Source: Camelus ferus (taxonomy: Eukaryota). From it: a stretch of 64,000 nucleotides of DNA. The translations under genes and the position numbers were made by a program. The notes beneath the pieces are model-generated. The model saw nothing but the letters and a program-made list of their open reading frames with translations. It did no database searches and was not told the DNA's origin. The stretch covers positions 3,350,001 through 3,414,000 of the forward strand of contig NC_045696.1 of assembly GCF_009834535.1 (NCBI RefSeq). Reading direction: 5' to 3'. Of this stretch, positions 1 to 12,014 are shown piece by piece; the first letter of the stretch is position 1, and each line of letters opens with the position of its first letter.

Positions 1-483
1 ACCTGTTTGGAATCATAGGATGCAGCTGTCAGAACAGAGCATGCGCAGAAACCCGGCTACTTTTTTTTTTCTTGAGCTCAAGGCAAGAGGTAACTGTCGG
101 TCAAATCCTGCTGAGCCCTGCTGACTTCAAATACAGGATGCTAAAAATGAAATAAAGGCGAGGGGTGGGGGTGGAAACCGGTGCGTGCTGTGCACTGTGG
201 GGTTACAGCTCATGGGAAGTAACTAGCAAGATAGTAAATACATAGACAATCGATAGAAAAGGGGTTAGAATACCGAATACTTTCTATTTGTACTTTGGAT
301 GACCTGAAATCAGTGCAGAAGTACCTAACTGCACTGTCCGCGTGCTAGGCATAGAAATGAAAGACCCTAGGATGGGTGAGTCAATGGTTAGTTTTTTTTT
401 TTTTTTTTCTTTTTTCCTAATGTGAGTTTACGGAGATATTTCAAAGGAGCAAGAGGAGACTACTGACCACCCCTGGGAATGGC

Positions 484-574
484 ACTTGCTCTAACTGTGT
501 CTAGCAATGAATTCGCTGGCACCCGCTGGTCCCCCATAGGGAGCTGGTACCCTTGGGAAAAGTGAGATGCGTGC
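484..574 (-). other. Probable degenerate counterpart of a human ABCG1 alternative first exon
   Basis: Minus-strand peptides RISLFPRVP and, in a different frame, VPANSLLDTVR resemble the human alternative N-terminus recalled as MRISLPRAPERDGGVSASSLLDTVT. The segment ends at AGA|GCAAGT. Confidence 0.55.
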
Positions 575-1181
575 CTGTCCCCACCCCTGTCTCTCTCCGG
601 GGTGCAGAAATGTGGCCGGAGGTATCCAGGCTCGACCCTCAACTGCCTTCCGGAGATTCCTCTGCCCTCTCCTGGGCAGGTCCGGGAGAGGCTGTCCCGG
701 GGAGCGCAGGGGCAGCACAGGCTCCGGCTCTAAGGATCACCTCCCTCTTTTGTTCCCCCAGACCGTGCTGGCGCTCGGGAGAGGAGCCCGAGAAGCTCCC
801 GGTCCCCAGGCTCCGCCCGCGCGCGCCGGCAGAGGGATCGGACCCCCTTTCCCTCTGGCCCAGGCTGCCGCCCCGCCCCAGCGCACTCCAGGTCTCTAGG
901 CCCCAGGCCCTTCACCGGGAGGTGGACGAGGTCAAGGCCATCTGTCCACTTGTGGGGCTGCTGGCCTCCTCTCACCCTCTACTGGCCCCTCCGCATTCCC
1001 CGAATCCTCGGCCGCAAGGAGCATCCCGAGGCTCCCAGTGGCCAGGATTGGGGGTGACGGGAGTTGGGCGCCTCCCCGGGACTAGGGGCCGGTGTCAGAG
1101 TGCGGGTGAGGGTCTTTGTGCGTTTCTTGTTCTCCTGGAGAACAGAACCAAGCCCCGAGAACGAAGGATGCGCTCACTCAC

Positions 1182-1223
1182 CATGGCGGTGCCGACCGAG
1201 AAAGCGGCCATCAGACAGGCCAT
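1182..1223 (-). CDS. ABCG1: ABCG1 (ATP-binding cassette G1 sterol transporter) first coding exon, 14 codons; the rest of the gene lies beyond position 1
   Basis: Reverse complement reads ATG GCC TGT CTG ATG GCC GCT TTC TCG GTC GGC ACC GCC ATG = MACLMAAFSVGTAM, the known ABCG1 N-terminus. It is immediately followed by a consensus GTGAGT donor (1181-1176), phase 0, inside a CpG island. Confidence 0.96.
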
Positions 1224-1231
1224 GCCCCGGG

Positions 1232-1261
<30 letters not shown>
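1232..1261 (-). repeat. (GCC)10 trinucleotide repeat in the ABCG1 5'UTR
   Basis: Ten uninterrupted GGC units on +, ending 8 nt before the ATG at 1223. Confidence 0.95.
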
Positions 1262-1263
<2 letters not shown>

Positions 1264-3409
1264 GGACGAGGTTGCGGGCGGCGGGCACGGGCGCCGGGCA
1301 CTAGGCTGCGATCGCCCCAGACTCCGCTGCTGCGCGCCGCGCGGGGTCCGGCTTGGTCTCCGCTTGCTGCTGGGGCCGCGGCCCCGCCCACGACCTGCCC
1401 GCGCAGGCCCCGCCCACGGCCCGCTCGCGACCCGCGATTGGCAGGCGCGCAGGGTGGGCGGGGCGGGGCGGGGCTGGCAGGGGCGGGGCGGGGCCGGCAG
1501 GTGCGCGTGCTCTTGTTTTGCTCCTGCAGGGGGTCGGCTGGCCCAGCTCCGGACAACCCGGTTCCCCAGCCGCCGGCGGCTCTGTCCAGGCAGCTGCAGT
1601 GGATCCTCCCAGCCTCGGAGCTCAGAAACTCAAGGCGGCTGGCGCGGCGGCCCTGGGCCCTCGACAGGCAGCAAGGTTCCCCCACTAGGACTGCCACCTT
1701 AAAACCTGCAGTGCTGTGCCAGTAGGGTCAGAGGAGGCGCCTGGGAATGGAGGGTGGAGGGCAAGGGGATTCTCTTTTCTTTTTGTATTGTTGGGCAGCT
1801 CCCTGCCAGGCAGGAGCATAAGCACTAAAAAAGAGATGGCCGCCCTAACGCCCCCCACCCCACTGCAGCTCCATATCTGGGGTGGCCTCCCACACTGAGG
1901 CAACGCACTCACTCACTCATGCAACATCGCCGTGTGCCTGCCGCGGAGCTAAGTGCTGGGTAACAAAGGGGTGCTGGGTGAAGATGCCCAGGCCTCTGTC
2001 CTCCCCCAGCTCCCACCTCCACCCCAACAAAAAAAGAAAAGCTTTCTTTTTGTTGTTGCAGATGTAAGGTTTCCAGTACCTGGCCCAGCACCTGGCCCAG
2101 AGCTGTGTTCACGTAACTTCATAAGGAATGAGTCTGGGCACCCTTTCATTTGGCCCCAGACAGGAATATCAGATGGCCTGGCGTCTGCTAAAGCCCTTAT
2201 TATATGTAAGTGGGACCACTTCTTGGTAACCATGGTGATAAGACATTCCTTACTCCCAATCTCAGAGGCTAGTGCTTTCGTTCAGTGGTTTGGGTGTGGG
2301 GACCGCAGCCAGGAATGCACGTCTTCCCACCTTCAGCACACCTGGTCACCCCTCCTTTGTACCCCTCAGATATGCAAAGTCCCTGTCTTTCTCCTCACCT
2401 AGAAGGGAGCATGACTTCATGTCAGGCAGGGGGCCTTCATACGCCAGCTCTGATGACCATAGCCAAATTCTGGCCTCAAATCAAAGGGGAGAAAGGCGGT
2501 ATAATGTATGAGTTCAAGGCGGGGAGAGCCCTGCCTTTGTCTGCACGGTTTCACTTGTGGAGCCTGTGCACCTCTGCTCCACTGTTGACTGTGAGGAAGG
2601 AACTCTGACTGCTGTATTTCCAGGGGCCACGCTCCACATGGTGGGCTCACCAGGCTGTGTGGTGCCTTAAATGTGCTGAACAGGGAGGCCAACGAACTCC
2701 GAATGTTCTGCAAAGAGGATTCAAATCCACAAGCCTTCCTGGGAAAGTTCAGGTGAAAAGACAGAGAGGAAGGTGGCCCGTCTCTGGGGCCCGGGATAGG
2801 CGGCCAGCCCTGCACCCTACCTCTTACGCCGGGGGGCAGACAGGACAAAGAGCAGGGGGAGGAAAGCGCAGAACAGGGCTGGGGAGGGGCCCGTGAGAAT
2901 GTGGCTGGGCCCTGCAGCTCTGCAGCAAGGGCGAATGACGAGCCTTTGTGGTTCTGATGCTGTAGTGTCTATTCTGCACCCAATATCCATTCTCCCCACT
3001 GCTAAGAATTAGTTGACAACTTCCTTCTGGGACCCTCTCCCCACCCCCCAGTTCTACGTCATGTGATTTGGTCAGTGGTTGGTCGGGAACTAGAAGTGTA
3101 AGGTGATGCTTGCCAGGCTCCTAGGAACGGCCCAGGGGATAGTATGTAGAGGCTGAGGATGAAGCCAGAGAGGGCAGACAGGGATAAAGTAGTCCTTGTT
3201 GGTGTGGCTTGAGCTGCTGGCTTTTCTGTTACAGGCCACGGAAAGCATCCTCACGGATACACCTGTACATTGGGGCAATAATCATCTCAGCTACATGGGA
3301 AACACGTGCATGGTCCACAGCTAGCACCCCAGTTCTAACCCTTACTAATGTTATCCCTTTTGTGCCAAATCCGAGAATAGGCAAATAGCCGAGAAGGTGA
3401 GCTCTGTGG

Positions 3410-3700
3410 CATTGCCATTGGGACTTTTGGTTGTAAGTGACGGAAACCCAGCTCCACAGTGAAAAAAAATGTGACAATGAATATATGTATGTTAATGTAT
3501 AACTGAAAAATTGTGCTCTACACTGACATTTGACACAACATTGTAAAATGACTATAACTCAATAAAAAAATGTTTAAAAAAAAAAAAAAGAAACCCAGCT
3601 CCAACTGGCTGAAGCTATAGGTCATGTATTGTCCGAGGTAACAGGAAGCCTCGAGGTGTACTGGTTTCAGACTTGCCAGGGCCAAGCACCATTCTGTGTC
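3410..3700. mobile_element. Old LTR fragment (LTR33-like, ERVL), interrupted by the L1 tail at 3457-3589
   Basis: With the insertion removed the sequence reads GGTTGTAAGTGACGGAAACCCAGCTCCAACTGGCTGAAGC, resembling the recalled LTR33 terminus. Confidence 0.4.
3457..3589 (+). mobile_element. Young 5'-truncated L1 3' end (camelid-type) with perfect 14-bp TSD
   Basis: Tail ACACAACATTGTAAAATGACTATAACTCAATAAAAAAA plus poly(A), flanked by GAAACCCAGCTCCA at 3443-3456 and 3590-3603. Confidence 0.9.
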
Positions 3701-6454
3701 TTCAGTCCTTGCTACTACAGGATTGAGGACAGGACTGAGGACGGGGGGGACAGGAAAGGGCGTACAGGTTTGGGTAGAGAGATAAATCATAAATTCGGTC
3801 AGGAACCTCAGGTTTAGGGGACTTGGCTTCATCAGCTGACAACCAGCCACTATGCCCCGTGGGGGAAACCGAAGACTGACTGGCCTGACTTGAGTTCCAT
3901 GGGCCAAACAGGCCAAAGGGGATGGCAGCCCCAGTGGACCCATCTGGAAAGACTGGGACATGGGTGCTTCATCAAGGCCATTTTGGGGAACTCTGAGCTC
4001 AAGTATGGGAGCCAATCAGGCAAATGTAAGGGGAGCTCATCACAGGACTGTCCAGTTCACACCTCAACCCCAGCAGGAATCTCTGCTGAGACATCACTGA
4101 CAGGTGGGCCAGGCTGGGCTTGGGGACATCAGGTGGGAAGACACCTCCTGCCTCAACAAGCAGCCCGCACCGCTAAGTAGTTGTCATCGCTAGCAGGCGG
4201 TCCCTGTGCCTAATGGGACTCCCTGTCACCCCGAGTGCCCTGTGTTCTACCGCCCAGCATCAGTGAGCACAGTAGGCCTTGAGCTACTCAGTCATGGCTC
4301 CATACTTCTCCCCAGGCTTTGCGTCCTTGGACCAGACATTCCTGGTCCCTCCGACATCATTCTGTAGAAGATGGTGCTTCTTCTCGCCTGCCTTTCTCTG
4401 CATGACTTCTGTCTTCTCAGTGTCCCCTGTGAAGCTTGGGGTCTGCCACCTATTCAAAGTATTCCCTCCCCTTGCTAATGGCATCTTCTCCCAGGCTCCG
4501 CTCAAATCATTGGTAAGGACATGCTCCCGGCTGCAGAGCCAACTACCTGATGTCCTGGGGACAATGGACTCAATGAGCAGCCGACTAAACTCACTTTTCT
4601 TGTAAGTTTGTAGTTTCAGCTGCCTGGTTTGCACTTTATCCCCCAAATTCCATTTCAAGGAGTACCCAGCTTCTCTCTTCCAGACGTCCAGCTCCTAAGG
4701 CTGGGAAATGAGAGGAAGAGGCCACCTTGAGGACTTGGTCTCTGGTACAAAGATTTCTGTTCTTGGTACCTGGTGAGGGGAGTGGGCGTATGGGTAAATC
4801 AGATGTCCAGTGGGCTTGTGGAGGGCCTGTGGCTTGACCCAGGTGTACTTCTGCAGGGAGCTGGTGACAAAGGTTGAGGCTGGCTTGGCAACTTGGATTG
4901 TCCCACCCGTGGAGGTCAGGAACAGAAGATCTCTGGATCCCTCCAGAGAAACACTTGGGGACATCAACCATGGCATCCTGGCCTCCCCACTCCCAGCTGG
5001 CTAGGAAGAAATCTAATGAACACAGTTGTCTTCACATTTGGATGATCTAGCTTTCAATAATTTGACCTTGAGCCTTCTTTGATGACAGGGTGGCCAGCTC
5101 TGAATTAATGTTGTGTGGACCCTGCCTAGCTGACTTTCTTCAGCTCAACTACAGAGCTACACCAACTTGAACTTCATTTTTCTTCCAAGACCTATGATTT
5201 CAGCCATGCCTTCAACAGACCCTCAGAAATCCCTGCCGTGCTGGAATCTGGCCTCAACACTGGGGACCTGGGGTGGCCAGAACCGGGGAAACTCAGCCCT
5301 CAAGTGTGGTCAGACAGTAATGGGGAAAGATTCGAAAGCTGAAGTTCTTATCTAAGTTGGATACATTTAAACTTGTTCCACGAGCTTAAGATATTCTAGA
5401 AATTATTCCTGGTCTAAGTCAGAGGCGCTCTCGCTGTGCAGTTCAAGGCAGGGTCCGCCAGAGGCAAGCTGGTGACACCCGGGCCTCTGCTCTACTGCAG
5501 TCCTGCCCTTTAGGAGTCAGCCCTTCAAGTGTCCTGCCCTGGGGACCTGATATCTGCAACTGCACCCCCACCAAACCGCCTCACCCCTGATGCTACGCCT
5601 CCTTGTGGTCTGTGCATCACAGGATTAATTTACTATTGGTTGTGCTGACTGCCCACCACTCCCCTCTAGACTGTAAGCTCCATGCAGACAGGAAAGTCCA
5701 TCCACTGATGGATCCCCAGCCCCAGAGTGCCTGCAAAAGGGCTCTGTCTGGGCTCCTCAGCTATTGGTCGGTAGCTCCCACCCCCGACCCCCTGGTTGCC
5801 CCACCCCAGCTGTTTGTAGCGTGCACGAAGCCCCCAGTGTGGGAAGGTGCCTGCCCTGCAGTGTTCCCCAGGGGAACATCTCCCACATTTGGTGCGCCAC
5901 CAGTGCATGGAGGAAAACAAAAGACTACAGAAGCCTGGTCCCCTGCCCCTGTCCCCAGTTCCCTTCTCGCCACATCGATGCCTGCACTCCAGCAATTTGA
6001 GGGTTGATGGAATTTCCTTCCCTGAAGCCTCAACCAAACTTGATCTTGGAGAGGTGGCATAGGGAGTTGTTTGTTGGCTGGCTTTTTACAACCCAAAGCT
6101 CTGATTCTGAAAGTTAACATTTTCTATGAAATAAAAGCAGAATCTGGTGTTGCAACAGCCAAAAGGAAAGAGGGGCATGTCTCTTCCCCAGGCTGATGGT
6201 GGTGGGACATGTGGTGGGGGCTCCTGGGAGGCGAGGAGGAGAGGGAGGAGCCCTGTGCCCATTGGGTCCCTAGGCCCCTGACAGCATAGCATCCCTGTCA
6301 GAGCCTTGCCCTTGGCTGGGCTGGAGACCCGCCTTCTGGTCACGGTCCCTGCCTTCTCGGCGTCTCTGACTCTTCCACTTAGGTCAGCAGAGAATTAGCG
6401 GTGACGGGGCCCTTTCTACCTCTGTTCACGTAGGAGCCACTGCCTCCACTTTTT

Positions 6455-6545
6455 AAAAGGAAGAGAGAGAGAGAGAAAGAGACAGAGGGAGGAGGTGGGA
6501 GGGAAAGAGGAAGGCAGGAATGAAGGAGAGGAAGAGAAAGTAAGA
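6455..6545. repeat. Purine-rich (GA/GGA) low-complexity tract
   Basis: About 90 bp composed almost entirely of A and G. Confidence 0.7.
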
Positions 6546-9500
6546 ACCTCAAGAGGCGAGAACAGGTGCAGAGAGGACCATGGCTTAGCTCTTGACGGGA
6601 AAGGACGGAAAAGGAGCAGAAGCAGAGACCTAGTCTGCAGGGAGGCTGATAGCCCAGGGTGAGGCCACGCACCAAATGAGGACTCTCTGTAGATCAGTGT
6701 ATTTTAAAGCAACATCATTTTCCTCTCTACGGTTTGCTTGACTCCTCTCTTGCTGGCCCTCCTGACCCCACAGTGTCTGTCTCCAATGTCCAGATGCACG
6801 CCCCCATCACATGCGGGAGCCAACCCAGTCCTAGAGAGGAGCCCCTCTTTCCCCAGCATGCGGGAGGTGGGAGCAGAGCAGGACTTCAGAGCTGAGAGTG
6901 GGGTGCAGGGTGGAGGGAAGCAGAGGGAAGAGCCCAGAAGGTCAGAGGGACCTGGAGATTAATGAGGGATGTCTTCAGGGAAAGAAAAACACAAGTCAGT
7001 ATTTCATGAGCTGAGTTAGCAAGAGGCCAGTTAACTATTGCAAACAGTTTCTTGTTTCCTTCCTCGAGCATGGAACAAGGAATGGGGGAAAGAGCTGGGA
7101 AATCATTTCCATAAATGAAGAAATAGGAAATAACATCTGGCGATGAGATGACCTTCAAAGCTGAAGATTAGGAGACAAGTCTCAGAGGCGGATACCGGAA
7201 AATTACTGCAGCCCTCCTTCCCACACGTAAATAAAAGCCCCCGTCGCTGCCTCAGAGGTCCCAGCTGGGACACAGCTGGTAGCCCTGGGCCACTGGGCAC
7301 CCACTTTCCTCTGAGGAGCTGCCCTCCCCGACTCTCTGTCAATCACCACAGTCCTACAATACAACCCCGACCCAGAGCCATCAGAACACTCCAGCCAATG
7401 GTTTGAAAAGTGCTGTAATGTGCGTTACACCCAGTGATGCTCAGAACGCCCCTGCAGGGTAGGATGGCAGTAGCACCACCGGAAGACGTGTGAATTTGAC
7501 ACCCAAGCCCCAGGGGCAAGAGAGACCACATTCTGTTTCTCCTCTCAGTCAGATCATCTGCCTCTGGTCCCTGGAAGGCAGTGCCTCCACACCAGGCCCG
7601 CTGGAGCCCAGAGCTCCGAAGCTCTCCATGGCTCCAAAGGTCACAACTCAGGTCCAGTGTGCTCAGCACCCTGGTCACCCGGCAGAAGTCCTCCTGCTTC
7701 CCTGGGACACCTGAGCTCTCCTGGGATCTGCACCCCGACCTCTCCCCTCTCCAGGCCTGGGAAACTGTTCCTCCACCTCCTGCCTCTGTCCTCCAGAGCC
7801 CAGTTCCATCCCCTCCCCTCCAGGAAGACTTGGCCATCACCTTGTTGAGCCTCAGCTTTTGAAAGCAAAAGTCTGGTTAGGGAGATTCTCTTGCGCACAC
7901 TTAGAAACTTCTGGAAAGAACCCTACAACTCAAAAGCCCCCAAGGCGAGAGAAAATCAATTTAATTAAAAAAAAAAAAAAGTCTTGGCTGCTTTTTAAGG
8001 AAAGAGAGAGGGAAATAGCTAGAGCAGGGAAATCAGTTTCAGATTATCTCAGCAAATTATCCTGCCCCTGGAAATAAAGAGATGGAGGCTCCACGAGGTT
8101 TGAAACCTGCCCAGAGCTACAAGGCCCAGGCCAGGGCCTAGGTCTCCTGACCCCTGCTGGGCACATTTTCCACTTTTTTTTTTAACAGCTGCCAAATATT
8201 AGTTGAGAATAGGCCAAACCTATTTTGGATAGGGACAGGAAGCCCAAGTTCAGTCCTTTCAAAATCCTGGGCAGGCTGGCAGGGAGACGGGGCGAAGCTG
8301 CTCTTCTCTCTTCTCCGCCTGGCACAGCTGAAGGCTCCGGACAGCACCCAAAACAAGCATGAGGGGACTCTGGGAGCTGAGGAGGTCAAGGCGGACCGGC
8401 CAGGGGCCCTGGGACCCCAGGAAGCACGCTGTGGTGAGGTCCCTGGGTTTTCTTTTGGCCACATATATCCCATACTTTCCTATGAAGAAACCAACAACCT
8501 GGAAATGCCAAAGGGCACAAACAAAAAAGCTCCCACGAAAGACTGTCTCTAACCACAGGAACAGAAAAGGAGCAACCTAGCGCCGTAGAAAATGTGTAGA
8601 TGGTCACTGCTCACTGCTCCAGCTAAACATCACCCGGCAGGCTTCGCACCCCACCCACCCCAGTGGAGACGGAGGGGGAGCCTAGACTGCTGCTCTCCTC
8701 GGGCTGCAGTGAGGCTCCAAAGCCTGCCCCCCCCCCCAGTCACCCCCTGTCAAAGTGATGCCAAGACGACCAAACGGGGGTCGGGGTCTGCCCACTGTGG
8801 GCAGGAATAAGGAGCCTTTCTCTTCCTCGTGGGGGTGATGGCAGAGGAGAACCAGCAGAGTCTGGACTTTCACCAGCACCCAGTGGTAATGAGAACACTA
8901 CTCCCCACAGACCACGATGCCAATGGAGAGTGTGTGGGGAGCAGTAGTAAGGTCCCCTACCTCTCCCCGCCAGGGAGGCACGGGGGGCGCCGGGACTCCC
9001 ACCCCTCCCAGCAGTAACGAGAAGCCCCTCCCCTGGATGCCAGCAGAGGCTGAGCAGAGAACCGGGACTTCTACCTTTGCTTGGCAGCGATGAAGCAGTG
9101 CTCCTCCCCCTTCCCCTGCCTGAGTGATGGCAGAAGTCAGCTAAAACAGAAGGCTCAAATAAGATCTAATGCCTCCTGACATAATACAGAAAACATCTAG
9201 GTTTCCATCAAAAACCACTCATCATCCAAGAACTGAGAAAAGCACAATTCAAATGAAAAAAAAGCCAATCAATAGACGCCGATACCACGATGACAAAAAT
9301 GCCACAATTAACTAACAAAGATTTAAAACAGTCATATAAAAGTGCTTTAGTGAGCCATTAGGAACACACTTGAAATAAATGAAAACATAGAAAGCCTCAG
9401 CAAAGAAATAGAAGATGTAAAGAAGAAAATGGAAATTTTAGAACTGAAAAATGCAATAACCAAAATGAAAAACTCAGTGGATGAGCTCAACAGCAGAATG

Positions 9501-10439
9501 GAGGGGGGAAAGGAAAGAATCAGTGAACTGGAAAATAGAACAACAGAGATCACCCAGTCTGAACAACGTAAAGAAAACAGGGTGTGCAAGCAATGACCAG
9601 AGCCTGGGGCCCGCGGGACTACGGCAGAGGGTCTAGCAGCCACAGAAGCGGGGACTCCAAAGCATAATGGCTAGAAATTCCCCCAATTTGGCAAAAGACA
9701 GAAATCTACAGATTCAAGAAGTCAAGCAAACTGCAAACATGGTGAACCTAAAGCAGTCTACACCGAGACACACCACAATCAAACTTCTGAAAACTAGAGA
9801 CAGAGAAGAGATCATGAAGGCAGTGAGAGAGATGTGGCATCTTACCTGGAGAGGAAAAGTAATTAAAATGACAGTGCATTTTTCATCAGAAACAGCAGAG
9901 GCCAGAAAGAGTTAGCAGAACACTTTTCACTTGTTGAAAAACAAAAACAAAAACCTGCCAACCCAGATTTCTATATCCAGAAAAACTATCCAGGAATGAA
10001 GGGAAATCAAGACACTTTCAGACAAAGGAAAACTGACAGAATTTGTCACCAGGAGACATACCGCAAAAGAATGCATAAAGGAAGTTCTTTAAACATAAAG
10101 AAAATAAGGAAACTGCACATCAAGAAGGAAGAAAAAACACTAAGTAAAAATGTGCATAAATGAATAGACTTTCCTTTTGCCATTGAATTTTCCAAATTTT
10201 GTTTGATGACACAAGCAAAAATTATAATACTATCTGATGTGCTTCTAAATGTATGTAAATATTTAAGACAATTATATTATAAACAAAGGAGGCCAAAGAG
10301 ATATAAAGGGAGATGAAGTTTCTACATGGCACTCAAACTTATAAAACTATGACATCAGTAGACTGATAAATCGTGCTTATGTAATAACAGACCTAGAGAA
10401 ACCATTAAATATCTACCCAAAGAGATGCATTCAAAACAC

Positions 10440-10490
10440 CACACATAACACAACATTGTAAACTGACTATACTTCAATAAAAATATAAAA
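10440..10490 (+). mobile_element. Very short young L1 3' tail nested in the old L1
   Basis: ACACAACATTGTAAACTGACTATACTTCAATAAAAA, similar to the tails at 3457 and 36414; AAAACAC on both sides. Confidence 0.7.
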
Positions 10491-11876
10491 AACACTATAG
10501 ATAAATCAAAATGGAATTCTGAACAATATTCAAGTAATTCCCAAGAAGGAGTTATAAAGATAATAAAAATATGAGCAGGAAAACAAACAAACAAACAAAC
10601 AGGGAGATGAAAAACAGAGAACACAGGGAAAACAAAAGATTAAGTGCATACTCAGGCCCCCCACGTCAATACTTACGTTAACTGTAAATGGACTACACCA
10701 ATTAAAAAACAGAGAGATTGGCCGAGCGGATTAAAAACAACCCAACTACATAATGTCTGTAAGAAATTCAGACATGCCTATGGTATAGGCAGCTTGAAAA
10801 TAAAAAGATGGAAATGGCATATCATACAAACGTTAAAGAAATCGGGGAAGGGGCTACATAAATGTCAGATAAAGTAGACTTCGGGTGAAGAAAATGACCA
10901 CAGATAGAAAGGGATGTTGTATAACGACAAGAGGACCAATCACCATGAAAACATAACAGTTCTAAGTGTGTATGAACCACACAACAGAGCTATAAAACAT
11001 GTGAAGCAAAGCCTGACAGATGCTTCAACACCTCTCCCCTGATACTTGCTGGAACAGCTGGACAGAAACCCAGCAGCACTGTTCCAGCAGGACCCAGTCA
11101 GCACTGACAGAGCACTCCATCCAACGACGGGAGATGCACATTCTCTTCAAATGTTCATGGAACATACACAAAGATAGACTGTATCCTGGGCCGTAAGACA
11201 AATCTCAACAAACTTAAAAGAACTGAAATTATACAGCATGTGCTCTCTGACCCGAATGTAACCACACTAAGAATCAGTAACAGGAAGACAATAGGACAAT
11301 CCCTGAACACTGCAAATCTACAACAACACATTCTGAAATAATCCGAGGAGGGGATCTTGAGGGCAGTGCAAATTACAGTTAACTGAGTTGAAATGAAAGC
11401 ACACATACCAGCCTTTGTGGGACACAGCTACAGCAGTGCAAAGAGGGAAATCTGCAGCACTAAAAAGGCATGTAAACTGGAGATGAGGAAAAGTCTCAGA
11501 TCAATCACATAAACTCCCACCTCAGGAATGCAGGAAAAGAAGAACCAAATTAGCCAAAAGAAAATAATAAAGATAAAAGCAGAAATAAATCAAATTAAAA
11601 ATAGAAGAACATTAAAGAAAATCAATGAAACACAAAGCTGGTTCTTAGAAATGATCAATAAAATTGACAAACCTCCAGCAAGACTGACAAAGAAAAAAGA
11701 GAGGGCACAAATTACCAACGTTAAAGTTGGGGGGAGCAGGGGTATCATTACAGACCCCACAGACGTCCAAAGAACGGTCAGGGAACACAACAAATGACTC
11801 TACACACATAATTTTGACAACTTGGATTCCTAAAACTCCCTGCAATTCACTGAATATGAAATACGGTATTTGAGTT

Positions 11877-12014
11877 GGGGGGAAGGTAGAGCTCAGGGGT
11901 AGAGTGTGTGCTTAGCGTGATGAGGTCCTGAGTTCAATCCGCAGTACCTCCATTAAACATAAATAAATAAATAAATAAATAAACCTAATTACCCTCTGCA
12001 AATAATAATATTAA
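11877..12014 (+). mobile_element. tRNA-Ala-derived SINE (Vic-1-like, camelid)
   Basis: tRNA-like head with A and B boxes (TAGAGCTCAGGGG...GAGTTCAATCC), (TAAA)n and AAACCTAATTACC tail; degenerate TSD AAATACGGTATTTGAGT / AAATAGGTTATTTGAAT. Confidence 0.85.

Larger units (their letters stand above)
700..1700. promoter_or_regulatory. ABCG1: CpG island / TATA-less promoter and 5'UTR of ABCG1
   Basis: Very high GC and CpG density around exon 1; tandem GGGGCGGGG Sp1/KLF boxes at about 1456-1495. Boundaries are approximate. Confidence 0.9.

Noticed and set aside
920..934. AGGTGG-acg-AGGTCA nuclear-receptor-like site in intron 1
   Set aside because: 3-bp spacer and a poor first half-site; not an LXR DR4
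553..1725. 390-aa + strand ORF and overlapping 200-212-aa ORFs with poly-Arg/Gly/Ala runs
   Set aside because: By-product of the stop-poor CpG island and the GGC repeat; only the 14 ABCG1 codons are supported
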